From positions 2,511,127 through 2,543,126 of the forward strand of contig NC_004459.3 of NCBI RefSeq assembly GCF_000039765.1: a stretch of 32,000 nucleotides of DNA. Direction: 5' to 3'. The stretch is from Vibrio vulnificus CMCP6. GTDB taxonomy: Bacteria; Pseudomonadota; Gammaproteobacteria; Enterobacterales; Vibrionaceae. Both the position numbers and the translations under genes were made by a program. Shown in pieces: positions 31,817-32,000 of the stretch. Numbering within the stretch: the stretch's first letter is position 1; each line of letters begins with the position of its first letter. The notes below the pieces were generated by a model, which made no database searches, was not told the origin of the DNA, and saw nothing but the letters and a program-made list of their open reading frames with translations.

Positions 31817-32000
31817 AAATTCTCCTTTATAGAATTAGTTTTTTGCCATAGGCACTCCTATGACGTGATTTGAAAGTTACAAAAAATTGCATAAGCTATT
31901 TCCTGTTTGTTAATGTGCAAAGTGCACGTTTAGGCATTAAGCCATCTGTTGCCTATTTAGGCGCGGTGAATATAAACTATTTAAGTAAAGAATTCATCTA

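Noticed and set aside
1-32000. Regularly spaced repeats could be mistaken for a CRISPR array.
   Set aside because: The repeats are about 125 bp rather than 24-48 bp. They are imperfect, fall into several subtypes and are internally dyad-symmetric with R''/R' boxes. The intervals between them are 300-1800 bp and contain whole genes. These are attC sites.

Overview
The whole 32-kb window lies inside the cassette array of a Vibrio-type sedentary chromosomal integron (superintegron). No integrase or attI is present; they should lie to the left. I count 52 attC sites of about 121-128 bp. They are VCR-like imperfect dyads, running from an R'' box (..YAAC) to an R' box (GTTRRRY), and all face the same way. 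They delimit 51 complete cassettes plus a partial cassette at each edge.

About 37 cassettes carry one short + strand ORF:
- 7 GNAT acetyltransferases and 2 VOC/glyoxalase-fold proteins
- ASCH, RidA, a SAM methyltransferase, a P-loop kinase and a Sel1-repeat protein
- a secreted metzincin, an HExxH peptidase-like protein, an NlpC/P60-like protein and a DUF1643-like protein
- several small membrane or zinc-ribbon proteins

Only three genes read on the - strand: a YceK/YidQ-like lipoprotein cassette, an IS30-family insertion sequence (10186-11263) sitting between a GNAT gene and its attC, and a RelE/ParE-type toxin in the last segment.

The items most worth follow-up are:
1. A single-gene cassette (7960-8859) joining an unknown N-terminal domain to a TIR-like (CAP12/Pycsar-effector type) domain, with no cyclase partner. 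It is a candidate compact antiphage effector.
2. Three unrelated single-gene cassettes that each carry an RNxxxH (Rx4H, HEPN) motif.
3. A family of 13-14 paralogous ORF-less cassettes of about 345 bp, roughly one cassette in four. They are conserved at nucleotide level, not protein level, and include a hairpin maintained by G-U-compatible and compensatory changes.
4. A convergently arranged toxin / XRE-HTH pair with a perfect 18-bp palindromic operator.

All domain calls are motif recognition from memory. No database search or folding computation was possible. No rRNA, tRNA or CRISPR array was seen.
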